Assembly (NCBI GenBank): GCA_963845065.1
Contig: CAWJQQ010000001.1
Location: forward strand, 320,001-384,000
Origin: Nitrospirota bacterium
GTDB taxonomy: Bacteria; Nitrospirota; UBA9217
Length of the DNA: 64,000 nucleotides
Direction of reading: 5' to 3'
Part shown: positions 21,664 to 32,183 of the stretch, in pieces
Numbering within the stretch: the first letter of the stretch is position 1
Layout of the letters: every line of letters begins with the position of its first letter
Made by a program: the position numbers and the translations under genes
The notes under the pieces: model-generated
Seen by the model: only the letters and a program-made list of their open reading frames with translations
The model's database searches: none
Told to the model about the DNA's origin: nothing

Positions 21664-22929
21664 ATGAAGTGGGTTGAAAGTTGGTATATTTCGTATGCAT
21701 TTCTCGGGCTTTCCGCAGCTGGGCTGATCCCTATCTTGCTGCCCCTCCTCGTGGGACGCACAAGCGGGGCCAAAGATATAGGTTTGGTTATGGCAGCATT
21801 CAGTCTGGGAGGACTCACGGCGCCGTTGTGGGGATGGTTTGCCGACCGGTATCGATTGCATCGGTGGCTCCTTGTTGGTGGCCTTCTCGCGACAGCACTT
21901 GGAGCAACCGTATTCCCATTCACTTTGTACCTTTCCCACCGAGTCGACGTGGCGTTCCTCTCAGGTATCGGTTTGGCCGCAGCTTCCACGGTTGCGAACC
22001 TTTTTATTGTCGAGGTCTATCCGGAGTCGGAGTGGGACGCGCGCATCGGCTGGCTCCAGACCTTTTACGGCTGTGGTCAGGTAATCGGATTGGTGCTCGC
22101 AGGGTTGATCGGTCAGAGCAGGCCTGAATTCGGTCTTTGGCTGGCCGGAGGAATATCCGTTGCTGCCGTTTTTCCTGCATTGCTCGGAACGCAGCCAGAA
22201 TCAGCAGTCATTGCGCTGAGCAGGCCAGTTCTTTCGCATCCTGCACACCATGCAGAGTGGCCTGCCAGCTCACCCCAGCACCTTTACCACTATTTGAGCA
22301 TGCAGGGCGTGAAGACGTTCTTCGCTCCTTTCAGGACGTCCTTCGGTCTTTTCCTGATGGCCTGGCTAATGAGTTTTTCAGGAAGCGCAGCATTCTTTTC
22401 ATTCTATCCCGTTTTGATGCAAAAGGTGTATGGAGTTCTGCCAGGGGTATCGTCAACAGGATATGCCCTGGCCGCGGGCCTGGGACTCATCCTGTATGCG
22501 CCGGCCGGAAAGTGGTCTATATGGAGAGGGCCGTTACCGATACTTCGAGACGCACTACTCCTGCGTATTGCCGCCTTTCTTGTGTTAACCATACTTGCAG
22601 TAGTATCGTTTCCCGGACGCGGCTGGTTCGCCATGCTGTTCTTTCTCTTTGCCGTTCTTGCATGGTCTTTGCTCAGTGTGAGCAGCACAGCATTGGTTGC
22701 CGGTCTGTCTCCAAAAAACGAGGGAGAAGGGATGGGCATCTTTAACGCTGTGACCGCGCTGTCCGGCGTTATTGGGGCTGTCCTGGGAGGATGGGTAGCA
22801 AATTTGTGGGGTTATGCCGCAATTCCGAGTATGGGAATAATTGGAGTCGGTGCTGGTTTCATCGTCCTCATTATTACACGGTTTAATTCCCAACCGGGAA
22901 TTCAGGAAGGCAAGGAGGTTCATCAATGA
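21664..22929 (+). CDS. MFS transporter
   Basis: About 12 hydrophobic segments; WGWFADRY motif A. Confidence 0.88.
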   Translation: MKWVESWYISYAFLGLSAAGLIPILLPLLVGRTSGAKDIGLVMAAFSLGGLTAPLWGWFADRYRLHRWLLVGGLLATALGATVFPFTLYLSHRVDVAFLSGIGLAAASTVANLFIVEVYPESEWDARIGWLQTFYGCGQVIGLVLAGLIGQSRPEFGLWLAGGISVAAVFPALLGTQPESAVIALSRPVLSHPAHHAEWPASSPQHLYHYLSMQGVKTFFAPFRTSFGLFLMAWLMSFSGSAAFFSFYPVLMQKVYGVLPGVSSTGYALAAGLGLILYAPAGKWSIWRGPLPILRDALLLRIAAFLVLTILAVVSFPGRGWFAMLFFLFAVLAWSLLSVSSTALVAGLSPKNEGEGMGIFNAVTALSGVIGAVLGGWVANLWGYAAIPSMGIIGVGAGFIVLIITRFNSQPGIQEGKEVHQ

Positions 22930-24044
22930 AAGCAGTTGCTCTCACACCCGGTACGCCTGCGATCAGGTTGATCGATCTTCCTGAACTGGTCCTCACCTCC
23001 CCCGATGATGTGAAGATACGCATTCTACGCGTAGGCATCTGCGGAACGGACCGTGAAGAAGCATCAGGGGGACGGGCCTTGGCACCGCCAGGTAAAAAAG
23101 AGCTTGTGATTGGACACGAAATGTTTGGACAGGTTGTAGAGACGGGGAAATCTGTTACCCGGGTGAAACCGGGAGATTTTGCCGTGTTCACGGTTCGTCG
23201 CGGATGCGGCGAATGCATGCCTTGCACGATGAACCGCTCTGACATGTGTCTCACGGGAAGATACCGCGAGCGGGGCATCTGGGGCATGGATGGGTACCAG
23301 ACCGAATATGCATTGGACAAGGAGCAGTATGTTGTCCGTGTTCCCGATGAGCTGGAAGCAATAGGGGTGCTAACAGAACCGCTCTCCGTAGCCGAGAAGG
23401 CCATTGACGAGTCGATTCGCCTACAGTCCGCTCGCCTGCCGGAAGCTGCGGCCACGCCCCATTGGCTGTATGGGCGACACTGCCTGGTGGCAGGCCTCGG
23501 GCCAATCGGCCTTCTTGCAACCCTTGCCTTACGCCTCCGTGGCGCAGAGGTTTTCGGGCTCGATGTCGTGGATGCAGCCAGTGCCCGCCCACAGTGGCTT
23601 AATCATATTGGTGGGAAGTATGTGGATGGGAGGCGCATACCCGCTGACAAAGTCGAGCATGAATTGGGACAGATGGACCTAATCCTGGAAGCTACCGGCG
23701 TGGCATCGCTGGAGTTTAACCTCCTCGATGCACTCGGGAAGAACGGCGTCTACGTGCTCACCGGAATCCCGGGTGGAGACCGCCCACTCCAGCTTGACGG
23801 TGCAGACATGATCCGGAGACTCGTGCTCGGAAATCAGATCATGGTAGGAAGTGTTAATGCATCCCGCGATCACTTTCAGATGGCTGTTGACGATCTTCTT
23901 CACGCCCAGCTTACTTGGGGAGATCACGTGGCTCGCCTCATTTCACATCATTGTCCTTATATGGATTACCAAAATGCTTTAATGCACCATGAGGCTGATG
24001 AGATCAAGGTAGTACTGGAATGGAGCCCAGGAAGAGGAGCGTGA
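22926..24044 (+). CDS. Zn-dependent (MDR-type) glucose 1-dehydrogenase
   Basis: GICGTDRE, GHE, CxxCxxC, GLGPIG, GSVNAS. Confidence 0.85.
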   Translation: MKAVALTPGTPAIRLIDLPELVLTSPDDVKIRILRVGICGTDREEASGGRALAPPGKKELVIGHEMFGQVVETGKSVTRVKPGDFAVFTVRRGCGECMPCTMNRSDMCLTGRYRERGIWGMDGYQTEYALDKEQYVVRVPDELEAIGVLTEPLSVAEKAIDESIRLQSARLPEAAATPHWLYGRHCLVAGLGPIGLLATLALRLRGAEVFGLDVVDAASARPQWLNHIGGKYVDGRRIPADKVEHELGQMDLILEATGVASLEFNLLDALGKNGVYVLTGIPGGDRPLQLDGADMIRRLVLGNQIMVGSVNASRDHFQMAVDDLLHAQLTWGDHVARLISHHCPYMDYQNALMHHEADEIKVVLEWSPGRGA

Positions 24045-24047
24045 ACG

Positions 24048-26456
24048 ATGGATGGACAAAATAACTATGTGCCTGGATGGCCGGGAATTCCCGCAAGGTG
24101 GACATCGAGCGCGAAGAGCGGGGTCGGCACATCTCTCAGCCACGCAAGCCGAGTCTGGTTCACCGTGAGCCATGGTATTCTGAATGAGATCTACTATCCC
24201 CGGGTTGACCAGGCGTGTACGCGCGATCTGGGCATCATCATTACCGATGGCCAGGGTTTTTTCTCCGAAGAAAAACGGCATACCTCATCCCTAGTGACTT
24301 ATTTAGCAGAGGGCGTTCCCGCCTATCATCTGACAAACACCTGCAGGGAAGGACGCTACCGTATTGATAAGGAAATCATCACTGATCCCTGGCGGGACGT
24401 TGTATTGCAGCAGACCCGTTTCACTGCTCTTCAGGGGACTGTAAAGAATTATCATTGTTACGTATTGCTGGCGCCGCACCTCGGCAATCACGGCGCCGGC
24501 AACACCGCATGGGTTGGAGATTATAAGGGCGTGCCCATGTTCTTTGCAGAACGGGACGGCAATGCCCTGGCGCTGGCCTGCTCATCACCCTGGCTCAGGC
24601 GTTCCGTCGGATTTGTCGGCACTTCCGACGGCTGGCAAGATATCAAGCATCATAAGATTATGACCTGGGAGTACACGCGTGCAGAGAACGGCAACGTGAG
24701 CGTAACCGGCGAGATCGACCTTGCAGCAAGCAATGGTATGTTTCTGCTTGCCGTGGGGTTTGGTAGCAATGCTGTCGAGGCAGGAATCCGTGCTTTGGCA
24801 AGTCTCTATAATGGGTTCGAGTCAGCAAAGACGACCTATGTCCAGGAGTGGCAGGCGTGGCAGCGGACTCTGTCGATCATGGACGAAGGAAAGAGCAATG
24901 CCCTTAACCTGTTTCGCGTGAGCACAGCGGTACTTCGGACCCATGAAGCCAAAAACTTCTCCGGAGGACTGATCGCAAGCCTGTCCATTCCTTGGGGTTT
25001 TTCCAAAGGCGACAACGATCTCGGCGGATACCATCTTGCGTGGCCTCGGGACCTGGTTGAATCGGCTGGCGGCCTTTTGGCGGCGGGTGCGCGGAAAGAT
25101 GTTCTTCGCGTGCTTAGCTATCTTCAGGTCACGCAGGAAGCGGATGGATACTGGCCGCAGAACATGTGGCTCAATGGCATGCCGTACTGGAGCGGCGTCC
25201 AGATGGACGAGACCGCTTTCCCTATTCTGCTTGTTGATCTGGCCCGGAGAGAGATGGCGCTGAGCAATGGCGATCTGGTCAAGTTCTGGCCTATGGTGCG
25301 AAGAGCGGCAAGTTTTCTTGTGCGGAACGGTCCGGTGACACAGCAGGATCGCTGGGAGGAGGATGCAGGCTATTCGCCTTTCACGCTCGCAGTTGAGATT
25401 GCAGCTCTTCTTGTCGCTGCGGATCTTGCCGAGACGAATAATGAGCCCGGGGTAGCCGCATACCTCCGCGAAACCGCTGACACCTGGAATGCAAACGTCG
25501 AACGGTGGGTATATGTAACCGAAACTGAACTGGCAAAGCGCATGGGAGTTGAAGGCTACTACGTACGTATCGCTCCGCCGGAAAAAGCTGACGCAGCCTC
25601 CCCGGAAGCAGGATTTGTGCCGATCAAGAATCGGCCAGCTGGTCAGAGCTCCGAACCCGCCGTTCATATTATAAGTCCCGATACCCTGGCCCTCGTTCGA
25701 TTCGGCTTGCGTGCACCCGGTGACCCGCGCGTCGTCAATACTGTGAAGGTCATAGATGCCCTCTTAAAAGTGGAAACACCCTATGGTCTAGCCTGGCACC
25801 GTTACAATGACGACGGCTACGGTGAACATGTCGATGGTTCTCCATTTGACGGTACAGGCATTGGGAGGGGCTGGCCCTTGCTTACGGGAGAGCGCGCCCA
25901 TTATGAGCTCGCGGCTGGACGCCGGGACCAGGCGGAGAGGTATCTCCATTCTCTTGAAGCATTTGCCAACGAAGGAGGAATGCTATCCGAGCAGATATGG
26001 GATGCCCCTGACATCCCCGAAAAGGAACTCTTCTTCGGCAGACCATCGGGCTCGGCTATGCCGCTGGTGTGGGCCCATGCGGAATATGTGAAATTGAGAC
26101 GGTCCTTGCACGACGGGCATGTGTTCGATACGCCGCCACAGACTGTCCAGCGTTACCAGGTAGAAAAAAGAGGCTCCCTTCTCGACCTCTGGCGTTACAA
26201 CCACAAGATTCTTACCGTGAAATCGGGCAGGACATTACGCATAGAGGTGCTGCAGCCGGCCGAGATCCACTGGAGTATAGACTACTGGCGTACGACGCAG
26301 GATCAGCGGACTCGCGATACTGGGCTGGGAGTTCACGTGGCAGACCTATCAACGAAAAATCTTTCTGATGGGGCCATGATCTTATTCACGATCTACTGGC
26401 CTGATCAGAATAGATGGGAAGGCGTTAACTATGACGTTGGCATTTCAAAAACCTGA
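24048..26456 (+). CDS. GH15 glucoamylase / glucan 1,4-alpha-glucosidase
   Basis: GGYHLAWPRD, QDRWEE, SAMPLVWAHAEY. Confidence 0.92.
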   Translation: MDGQNNYVPGWPGIPARWTSSAKSGVGTSLSHASRVWFTVSHGILNEIYYPRVDQACTRDLGIIITDGQGFFSEEKRHTSSLVTYLAEGVPAYHLTNTCREGRYRIDKEIITDPWRDVVLQQTRFTALQGTVKNYHCYVLLAPHLGNHGAGNTAWVGDYKGVPMFFAERDGNALALACSSPWLRRSVGFVGTSDGWQDIKHHKIMTWEYTRAENGNVSVTGEIDLAASNGMFLLAVGFGSNAVEAGIRALASLYNGFESAKTTYVQEWQAWQRTLSIMDEGKSNALNLFRVSTAVLRTHEAKNFSGGLIASLSIPWGFSKGDNDLGGYHLAWPRDLVESAGGLLAAGARKDVLRVLSYLQVTQEADGYWPQNMWLNGMPYWSGVQMDETAFPILLVDLARREMALSNGDLVKFWPMVRRAASFLVRNGPVTQQDRWEEDAGYSPFTLAVEIAALLVAADLAETNNEPGVAAYLRETADTWNANVERWVYVTETELAKRMGVEGYYVRIAPPEKADAASPEAGFVPIKNRPAGQSSEPAVHIISPDTLALVRFGLRAPGDPRVVNTVKVIDALLKVETPYGLAWHRYNDDGYGEHVDGSPFDGTGIGRGWPLLTGERAHYELAAGRRDQAERYLHSLEAFANEGGMLSEQIWDAPDIPEKELFFGRPSGSAMPLVWAHAEYVKLRRSLHDGHVFDTPPQTVQRYQVEKRGSLLDLWRYNHKILTVKSGRTLRIEVLQPAEIHWSIDYWRTTQDQRTRDTGLGVHVADLSTKNLSDGAMILFTIYWPDQNRWEGVNYDVGISKT

Positions 26457-26585
26457 CAGGATTATTTTTTTTCGATCAGATATCAGTGTAGAATTTTAAA
26501 TAAAAAATAACGATTCACGAATTCAAAAATTTTGATATATATATGATGTTAAATAATTGCATACTCGCATAAGAAAGAGGACACA

Positions 26586-28976
26586 ATGGCCTTTGTTCTG
26601 TTGCTTGCACTATTCTGGTTATTGGCTTATTTCCGGGTTAAGCTCTGGGCCTGGACCATTGTGGCGGCGGGGTTCCTGGGATATTGGACCGCTGCAGGCG
26701 GTGGAAGTGCGGCTGTCTGGTTGATCTTCGTACTAGTAGCGGCACTCCTGAATGTCGTACCACTCCGCCGTATGCTCTTGAGCAGACCGCTATACGGCCT
26801 ATTTCGAAAAGTTCTACCTCCCATGTCCCAGACGGAGCGGGAAGCGCTCGAGGCTGGCACCGTCTGGTGGGATGGAGAACTTTTCAGTGGCCGGCCAAAC
26901 TGGCAAAAACTTCTGGCCGAACCGGCGCCTGCACTGACTTCAGAGGAGCAGGCATTCCTCGATGGACCGGTGGAAGAGCTTTGCATGATGCTCGACGACT
27001 GGAAGATATACAAAGAACTCCGCGACCTGCCGCCGGAAGTGTGGCAGTTCATCAAGGATAAAGGCTTTTTCGGCATGATCATCCCGAAGGTATACGGCGG
27101 GCTGCAGTTCTCGGCCTTGGCCCATTCGCAGGTGATCATGAAGATCTCCAGCCGCAGCATCACTGCCGGAGTGACCGTGATGGTCCCCAACTCCCTCGGC
27201 CCCGCCGAACTACTGCTGCACTATGGCACGCAACAGCAAAAGGATTATTATCTGCCGCGGCTAGCCAAGGGTAAAGAAGTCCCTTGCTTCGCCTTGACCG
27301 GACCAGAGGCGGGAAGCGATGCAGCGTCCGTTCCCGATACCGGCATCGTCTGCCGGGGGATGTTCGAGGGGAAAGAGATACTCGGCATTCGCCTCACCTG
27401 GGAAAAACGCTACACTACCCTCGGGCCGGTTGCGACCATTATCGGTCTGGCATTCAGGCTCCTTGACCCTGACCACCTCATCGGCGATAAGGAAGACATC
27501 GGCATCACCTGCGCTCTGGTCCCCACAAAACTTCCCGGCATCACCATCGGCACTCGTCACGATCCCCTCGAAATTCCGTTCCAGAACGGTCCGTCGTGGG
27601 GCAAAGATGTATTCATTCCAATTGATTTTATAATCGGCGGCGCTGCCAGGGCCGGCCAGGGATGGCGAATGCTCATGGAGACACTCGCTGTCGGGCGGGG
27701 CATCTCTCTGCCTGCCCTCAGCACCTGTGCCGGCAAACTGACTTCCCGCACCATCGGTGCTTACGCACGGATTCGTCGGCAATTCAAGCTCCCAATCGGC
27801 CGCTTTGAGGGGATCGAAGAGCTGCTGGCTAGGATCGGGGGCACCACTTATCAGATGGATGCGGCCCGAATCATGACCTGCGGCGCCATCGACCAAGGCA
27901 GGAAACCGGCGGTAATCACCGCTATCGTCAAATACCATCTGACCGAGCGGATGCGCAGAGTGGTCAATGACGGCATGGATGTCCAGGGAGGCGGGGGCAT
28001 CAGCCTCGGCCCTCGTAATTTTCTCGGCCGGAGCTATCAGTCGGTGCCGATCGGGATTACGGTGGAAGGATCCAATGTCTTGACCCGTTCAATGATCATA
28101 TTCGGCCAGGGCGCCATTCGCTGCCATCCCTATATTCAGCAAGAAGTGCGAGCGGCTGCTGATCCAGACCAGCGGCAGGGGTTGGCGCTCTTCGACCGGG
28201 CATTGTTCGGTCACATCAGTTTCATCATCAGCAATGTGGCTCGAACTCTTTTCCTGGGTATGACCGATGGCTGGCTCGTCAAAGCACCAGGCGGGCTAAC
28301 CCGCCGGTATTTCCAGAAAGCTTCCCGCTTGAGCGCAGCCTTTGCCCTGTTTGCTGATGCAGCGCTGATACTTTTGGGCGGGAATTTGAAGCGTAAGGAG
28401 AAGCTCTCAGGCCGTTTGGCGGACATTCTCAGTAATCTCTATTTACTATCTGCGGTGCTCAAATTGTATGAGGACCGGCAGCGACCGCAGGACGAGTTGC
28501 CACTTCTCAAATGGGCCTGTGAAGAGAGCCTTGTCTCCATCCAGGAGAGTTTTGCTGGCCTGCTGCGTAACTTTCCGAATCGCCCTGCAGCCTGGCTTCT
28601 CAGGCTGATCATTTTTCCACTCGGCCGACCCTTTACAAGACCTGGTGATCGACTCGGTCACGAAGTTGCTGGCATCCTCCTTGAACCGTCATCAGCAAGG
28701 GATCGTTTGACCTCCGGTCTGTTTCTCCCTACGAGTTTGACAGAGCCACTGGGCCGACTCGAAGACGCGCTGCAAAAAGTCATTGCTGCGGAGCCCGTTG
28801 AGAAAAAACTACGGGATGCTGTACGGGTCGGCAAACTTAAGGAGCAACCCGAGGTTCAGCTCCTTGAAGAGGGGGCTAGGGCAGGGGTGGTAAGTGGAGC
28901 CGAGGCGGGGATTTTACGTCTGGCGTTGGCTGCCCACGCTGAGGTGATCCGAGTAGATGATTTCCCAAAATTATAA
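26586..28976 (+). CDS. fadE: Acyl-CoA dehydrogenase, FadE type
   Basis: TEREALEAGTVWW, CFALTGPEAGSDA, GITVEGSNVLTRS, LKRKEKLSGRLAD. Confidence 0.92.
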   Translation: MAFVLLLALFWLLAYFRVKLWAWTIVAAGFLGYWTAAGGGSAAVWLIFVLVAALLNVVPLRRMLLSRPLYGLFRKVLPPMSQTEREALEAGTVWWDGELFSGRPNWQKLLAEPAPALTSEEQAFLDGPVEELCMMLDDWKIYKELRDLPPEVWQFIKDKGFFGMIIPKVYGGLQFSALAHSQVIMKISSRSITAGVTVMVPNSLGPAELLLHYGTQQQKDYYLPRLAKGKEVPCFALTGPEAGSDAASVPDTGIVCRGMFEGKEILGIRLTWEKRYTTLGPVATIIGLAFRLLDPDHLIGDKEDIGITCALVPTKLPGITIGTRHDPLEIPFQNGPSWGKDVFIPIDFIIGGAARAGQGWRMLMETLAVGRGISLPALSTCAGKLTSRTIGAYARIRRQFKLPIGRFEGIEELLARIGGTTYQMDAARIMTCGAIDQGRKPAVITAIVKYHLTERMRRVVNDGMDVQGGGGISLGPRNFLGRSYQSVPIGITVEGSNVLTRSMIIFGQGAIRCHPYIQQEVRAAADPDQRQGLALFDRALFGHISFIISNVARTLFLGMTDGWLVKAPGGLTRRYFQKASRLSAAFALFADAALILLGGNLKRKEKLSGRLADILSNLYLLSAVLKLYEDRQRPQDELPLLKWACEESLVSIQESFAGLLRNFPNRPAAWLLRLIIFPLGRPFTRPGDRLGHEVAGILLEPSSARDRLTSGLFLPTSLTEPLGRLEDALQKVIAAEPVEKKLRDAVRVGKLKEQPEVQLLEEGARAGVVSGAEAGILRLALAAHAEVIRVDDFPKL

Positions 28977-29157
28977 GAAAACAGAACCATATGTAGATAC
29001 TCGGCACGGTGCCCATCATATTGCCCAGATCGACCAAGTCAACATCAAGGACTTTTCATCTGAAGCGAAGACCTGGGATGATATGAAAAAACATATCTAT
29101 ATGATCGCCGATGCTCTGGCGGGCGGCATTGTGAAGCAATTTCCAAACAAATTCTGA
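28977..29157 (+). pseudogene. Orphan C-terminal fragment of a helical protein abutting the fadE stop
   Basis: HGAHHIAQIDQ...IADALAGGIVKQFPNKF* looks like a natural C-terminus; no start or RBS. Confidence 0.45.
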
Positions 29158-29398
29158 TGTGGTCACCATCCATTATTTATGTTAAACGAATCAAGGAGGG
29201 AGATCAGTAAATAAATACGCTGTTTCTCCCTTCTTACGTTATCACGCGAGCAAGTGCTACATCCTGGATTCATAGAGTTTCTGTTCTTTACAATAATGTA
29301 ATTCTTAACCAGTACTCAACGTCTTAAAATACCTGCCTATAGATTACTTAGTCGACGCTATCGTCCGCGGCTATTTGAACAGACTCGTCTGGTCTACC

Positions 29399-29426
29399 TT
29401 GACAACTCCTTTCCTAGTGTTATAAT
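29399..29426 (+). promoter_or_regulatory. Consensus sigma70 promoter with no adjacent ORF
   Basis: TTGACA-16-TATAAT with TGn extension. Confidence 0.55.
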
Positions 29427-29666
29427 TTTGCGCATTACGCCTTTTGCATCAATTCTTTTTACATAACCCACAAGGGCCTTTGGCGTGAGCGGCCTATTAC
29501 ATCATGCGGTACGGCTTTTTTCTAATTTGGGCTAAGTAGTATCGAAAATGCCCTTACCTTCTTGTCCTTTTCAGAGTTGCGTCTGCAAGGAACCTGAAGC
29601 GTTAATGTCAAATGTTTGCTTCCTCAAATTGTCAAAAAGTAACGAATATAAACCTTCCCCTAAGTC

Positions 29667-29695
29667 TTGACAAACGATATCAATATTGATACTAT
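29667..29695 (+). promoter_or_regulatory. hicAB promoter with palindromic operator
   Basis: TTGACA-17-TACTAT; palindrome tatcaatattgata at 29678-29691; ATG 7 nt after the -10 box. Confidence 0.7.
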
Positions 29696-29701
29696 AACAA
29701 T

Positions 29702-29965
29702 ATGTCTCCGGTGGCAGACCTTCTTGAAAAAATGCGAAATAATCCTGTCGGAATCCGTTTTACAGACCTCTGCAAGATTTGCGATCATTATTTTGGACAG
29801 CCAAGGCAGGCTGGAGGAAGCCATCGAGTCTACAAAACAACATGGACTGGCGATCCGCGAGTAAATATTCAAAACAACAAGGGATATGCAAAAGTATATC
29901 AGGTCAAACAGATTCTTAAGGCAATAGACCGACTGGAGACCGAAGAACATGGCACAAAAAAATAA
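29702..29965 (+). CDS. hicA: HicA-family toxin
   Basis: NPVGIRFTDL...GGSHRVY...AKVYQVKQ. Confidence 0.85.
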   Translation: MSPVADLLEKMRNNPVGIRFTDLCKICDHYFGQPRQAGGSHRVYKTTWTGDPRVNIQNNKGYAKVYQVKQILKAIDRLETEEHGTKK

Positions 29966-30278
29966 CAAATATACTTATCGAGTCACATGGTCGGAAGATG
30001 ACTCCGAATACGTTGGACTTTGCGCCGAATTTCCAAGCCTGAGCTGGCTGGCGCGTACGCCTGAGGCAGCACTAAAAGGCATCCGTAATGTTGTGAGCAA
30101 GGTTGTTGCGGATATGATTCATAATGGAGAATCTATTCCTGAGCCATTAGCTACAAAGCATTTTAGTGGCAAGTTCATGGTACGCGTGCCACCTGACGTA
30201 CATCGAGAACTGACGATAAAAGCGGCGGAGGCAGGTGTTAGTCTTAATAGATTGGCAAGCGCAAAGCTTAGCCGATAG
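29949..30278 (+). CDS. hicB: HicB-family antitoxin
   Basis: YRVTWSEDD...EFPSLSW...SGKFMVRVPP..H...VSLN. Confidence 0.9.
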   Translation: MAQKNNKYTYRVTWSEDDSEYVGLCAEFPSLSWLARTPEAALKGIRNVVSKVVADMIHNGESIPEPLATKHFSGKFMVRVPPDVHRELTIKAAEAGVSLNRLASAKLSR

Positions 30279-30355
30279 CCCTGGGTGGAGACGCTCACTA
30301 ATTTGTTGACTCGCCGCTCCTCCGTCCCGTTGGACTATAAGATTATCGCAAAGGG

Positions 30356-31876
30356 GTGAATCGAATGCAACGGCCTCAGGAATTCATACCTGTCACGATT
30401 GACAAAAGCCACATCACGACCATAGGCGAACGACTTTACACTGAAAGCATCGAGTTCGTGCGTGAGCTGGTGAATAATGCCTACGACGCAGACGCGGAGC
30501 TCGTAGAGATAACGATGAGCGACGACGCAATCGAAATCCACGATAACGGCACGGGCATGGACATTGAGGGCCTCAAACAATATTTTAATATCGGCTCTCA
30601 GCAGAAGCTCTCCTCACCTAAATCCCCGAGATTCAATCGGGACCGTATCGGCATGTTTGGTATAGGCAAATTTGCCAGTCTTTCGGCCTGCAAACGGTTC
30701 GAGGTGATCACGAAGCGCGAAGACTTTGTTGGCCGCGTGATCTTCGACAAAGAACAGTGGGAACTGTCGCAAGACGCGTGGCTGCTCCCATTCGAACAGC
30801 TTCCGTCCGATTTCCGTAAGCAAAATGGCACGACAGTGATACTCATCGGTATGGACAGGATATTCGATATCAAAGACATCGAGGCAAAAATCATCGAAGG
30901 CACGCCCATCAAGGCGCCGCACTTCAAGGTCAGGATCAACAACCACACGGTTCAGCCCCGAAGCCTCACTGGCCATAAGGTGACAGTTATTGATGGAACT
31001 TCTTTTGGCCCCGTGACCGGAGAGATCGTGATTTTGCCCGAGACTGCGGCGCAGACGAAGGATCTTGGCATCGAGATAAAAGTAAAGCAGGTGACTGTAC
31101 GGAGAGAACTTTTCGGCATGGAGACCTGGGGACGGGCAATGTCCAGGATATCCGGCGAGGTAAACGCGGACTTTCTTCCCGTAACAAGCGACCGCACCGG
31201 GTTTCTCAGGGACTCTGCTCAGTATAAGGAATTTCTTGCCGTGATGGACAAGGTGATGGTGGACGTAAAGCTATTCCTCCAGAAGCTTATTACAAAAAAG
31301 GAAGGAAAGCGCGTAAGCCGTGCCTTGAAGGACGCACTCCAAAAGATTTATCGCTCCCTTGTATTAAACCCGGACCTCTCACCATTTGGGGCACTTCCTT
31401 TAGGTGATGAGACCCAGGGTGTCGGCAGCGCGGCTGAACTATCTCAAAAAAAGGAAGGCTTTTCTGAGAGCGAGGTTAAGCCTGAAGGACAGAAGGTGAT
31501 AGAGCAAGCCCCACAGCTGGAAAAGAAGCGAAAGAAAAAGCCCAAAGTGAAAAGACTTACTCCGAACGCCATCATCAAGCGGATGAAGTTTGGCGAATCG
31601 GGAGTGTCCTGCGTCGTGGATAGCTTCGGTGAGGATGGTCCTGAGACCTTCTCTGAAGAAACAACTATATATATCAACCGCGATCATCCACTATATAAAC
31701 GAGAGGCTGGAAAAATTGAGACCCATACATTAAACCTTGCTCGTCTCATCACTCAGGAGATAGCCCTCATGAAGGATCCCCGTAATCCCCGGCAGGCATT
31801 CGAACGCCAGAGCAAGCTTTTAAAGGATGCGTTCATCGATAAGGAATCATATGGTGACGTAAAAAGGGGAAATTGA
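30356..31876 (+). CDS. Stand-alone GHKL (HATPase_c_3 / MORC-like) ATPase
   Basis: ELVNNAYDA, DNGTGM, GMFGIGKF, GTTV; S5-like region, charged linker, C-terminal IYINRDHP. Confidence 0.8.
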   Translation: MNRMQRPQEFIPVTIDKSHITTIGERLYTESIEFVRELVNNAYDADAELVEITMSDDAIEIHDNGTGMDIEGLKQYFNIGSQQKLSSPKSPRFNRDRIGMFGIGKFASLSACKRFEVITKREDFVGRVIFDKEQWELSQDAWLLPFEQLPSDFRKQNGTTVILIGMDRIFDIKDIEAKIIEGTPIKAPHFKVRINNHTVQPRSLTGHKVTVIDGTSFGPVTGEIVILPETAAQTKDLGIEIKVKQVTVRRELFGMETWGRAMSRISGEVNADFLPVTSDRTGFLRDSAQYKEFLAVMDKVMVDVKLFLQKLITKKEGKRVSRALKDALQKIYRSLVLNPDLSPFGALPLGDETQGVGSAAELSQKKEGFSESEVKPEGQKVIEQAPQLEKKRKKKPKVKRLTPNAIIKRMKFGESGVSCVVDSFGEDGPETFSEETTIYINRDHPLYKREAGKIETHTLNLARLITQEIALMKDPRNPRQAFERQSKLLKDAFIDKESYGDVKRGN

Positions 31877-31927
31877 TCTAATTCCTTTTTAATTGACTAC
31901 TAGCACGTGTGCATTACAATTTAATCT

Positions 31928-32068
31928 GTGATAAAGACATTTTGTGATAAGCACACCTACGATTTTTATGTGACCTTCAAATCCAAACGTCTTCCGGCGA
32001 ATTTATTAAAGCATGCTATGCGGAGGCTAGAGTATATTAACCTTGCATCAACTCTTGATGACTTAAAG
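31928..32068 (+). pseudogene. higB: higB toxin, 5' part
   Basis: MIKTFCDKHT...RRLEYINLASTLDDLK; continues at 33050. Confidence 0.8.
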
Positions 32069-32183
32069 GGGGTCTTCGGATTAAGTGGTTAATTTCGAAT
32101 TTTCGTTAAGTAATACGACAGGTTTAAAAATCGGAATATCTGGTTGGTCTGGGATAAAACTCGCCACATTTCTGCGTAGAATA

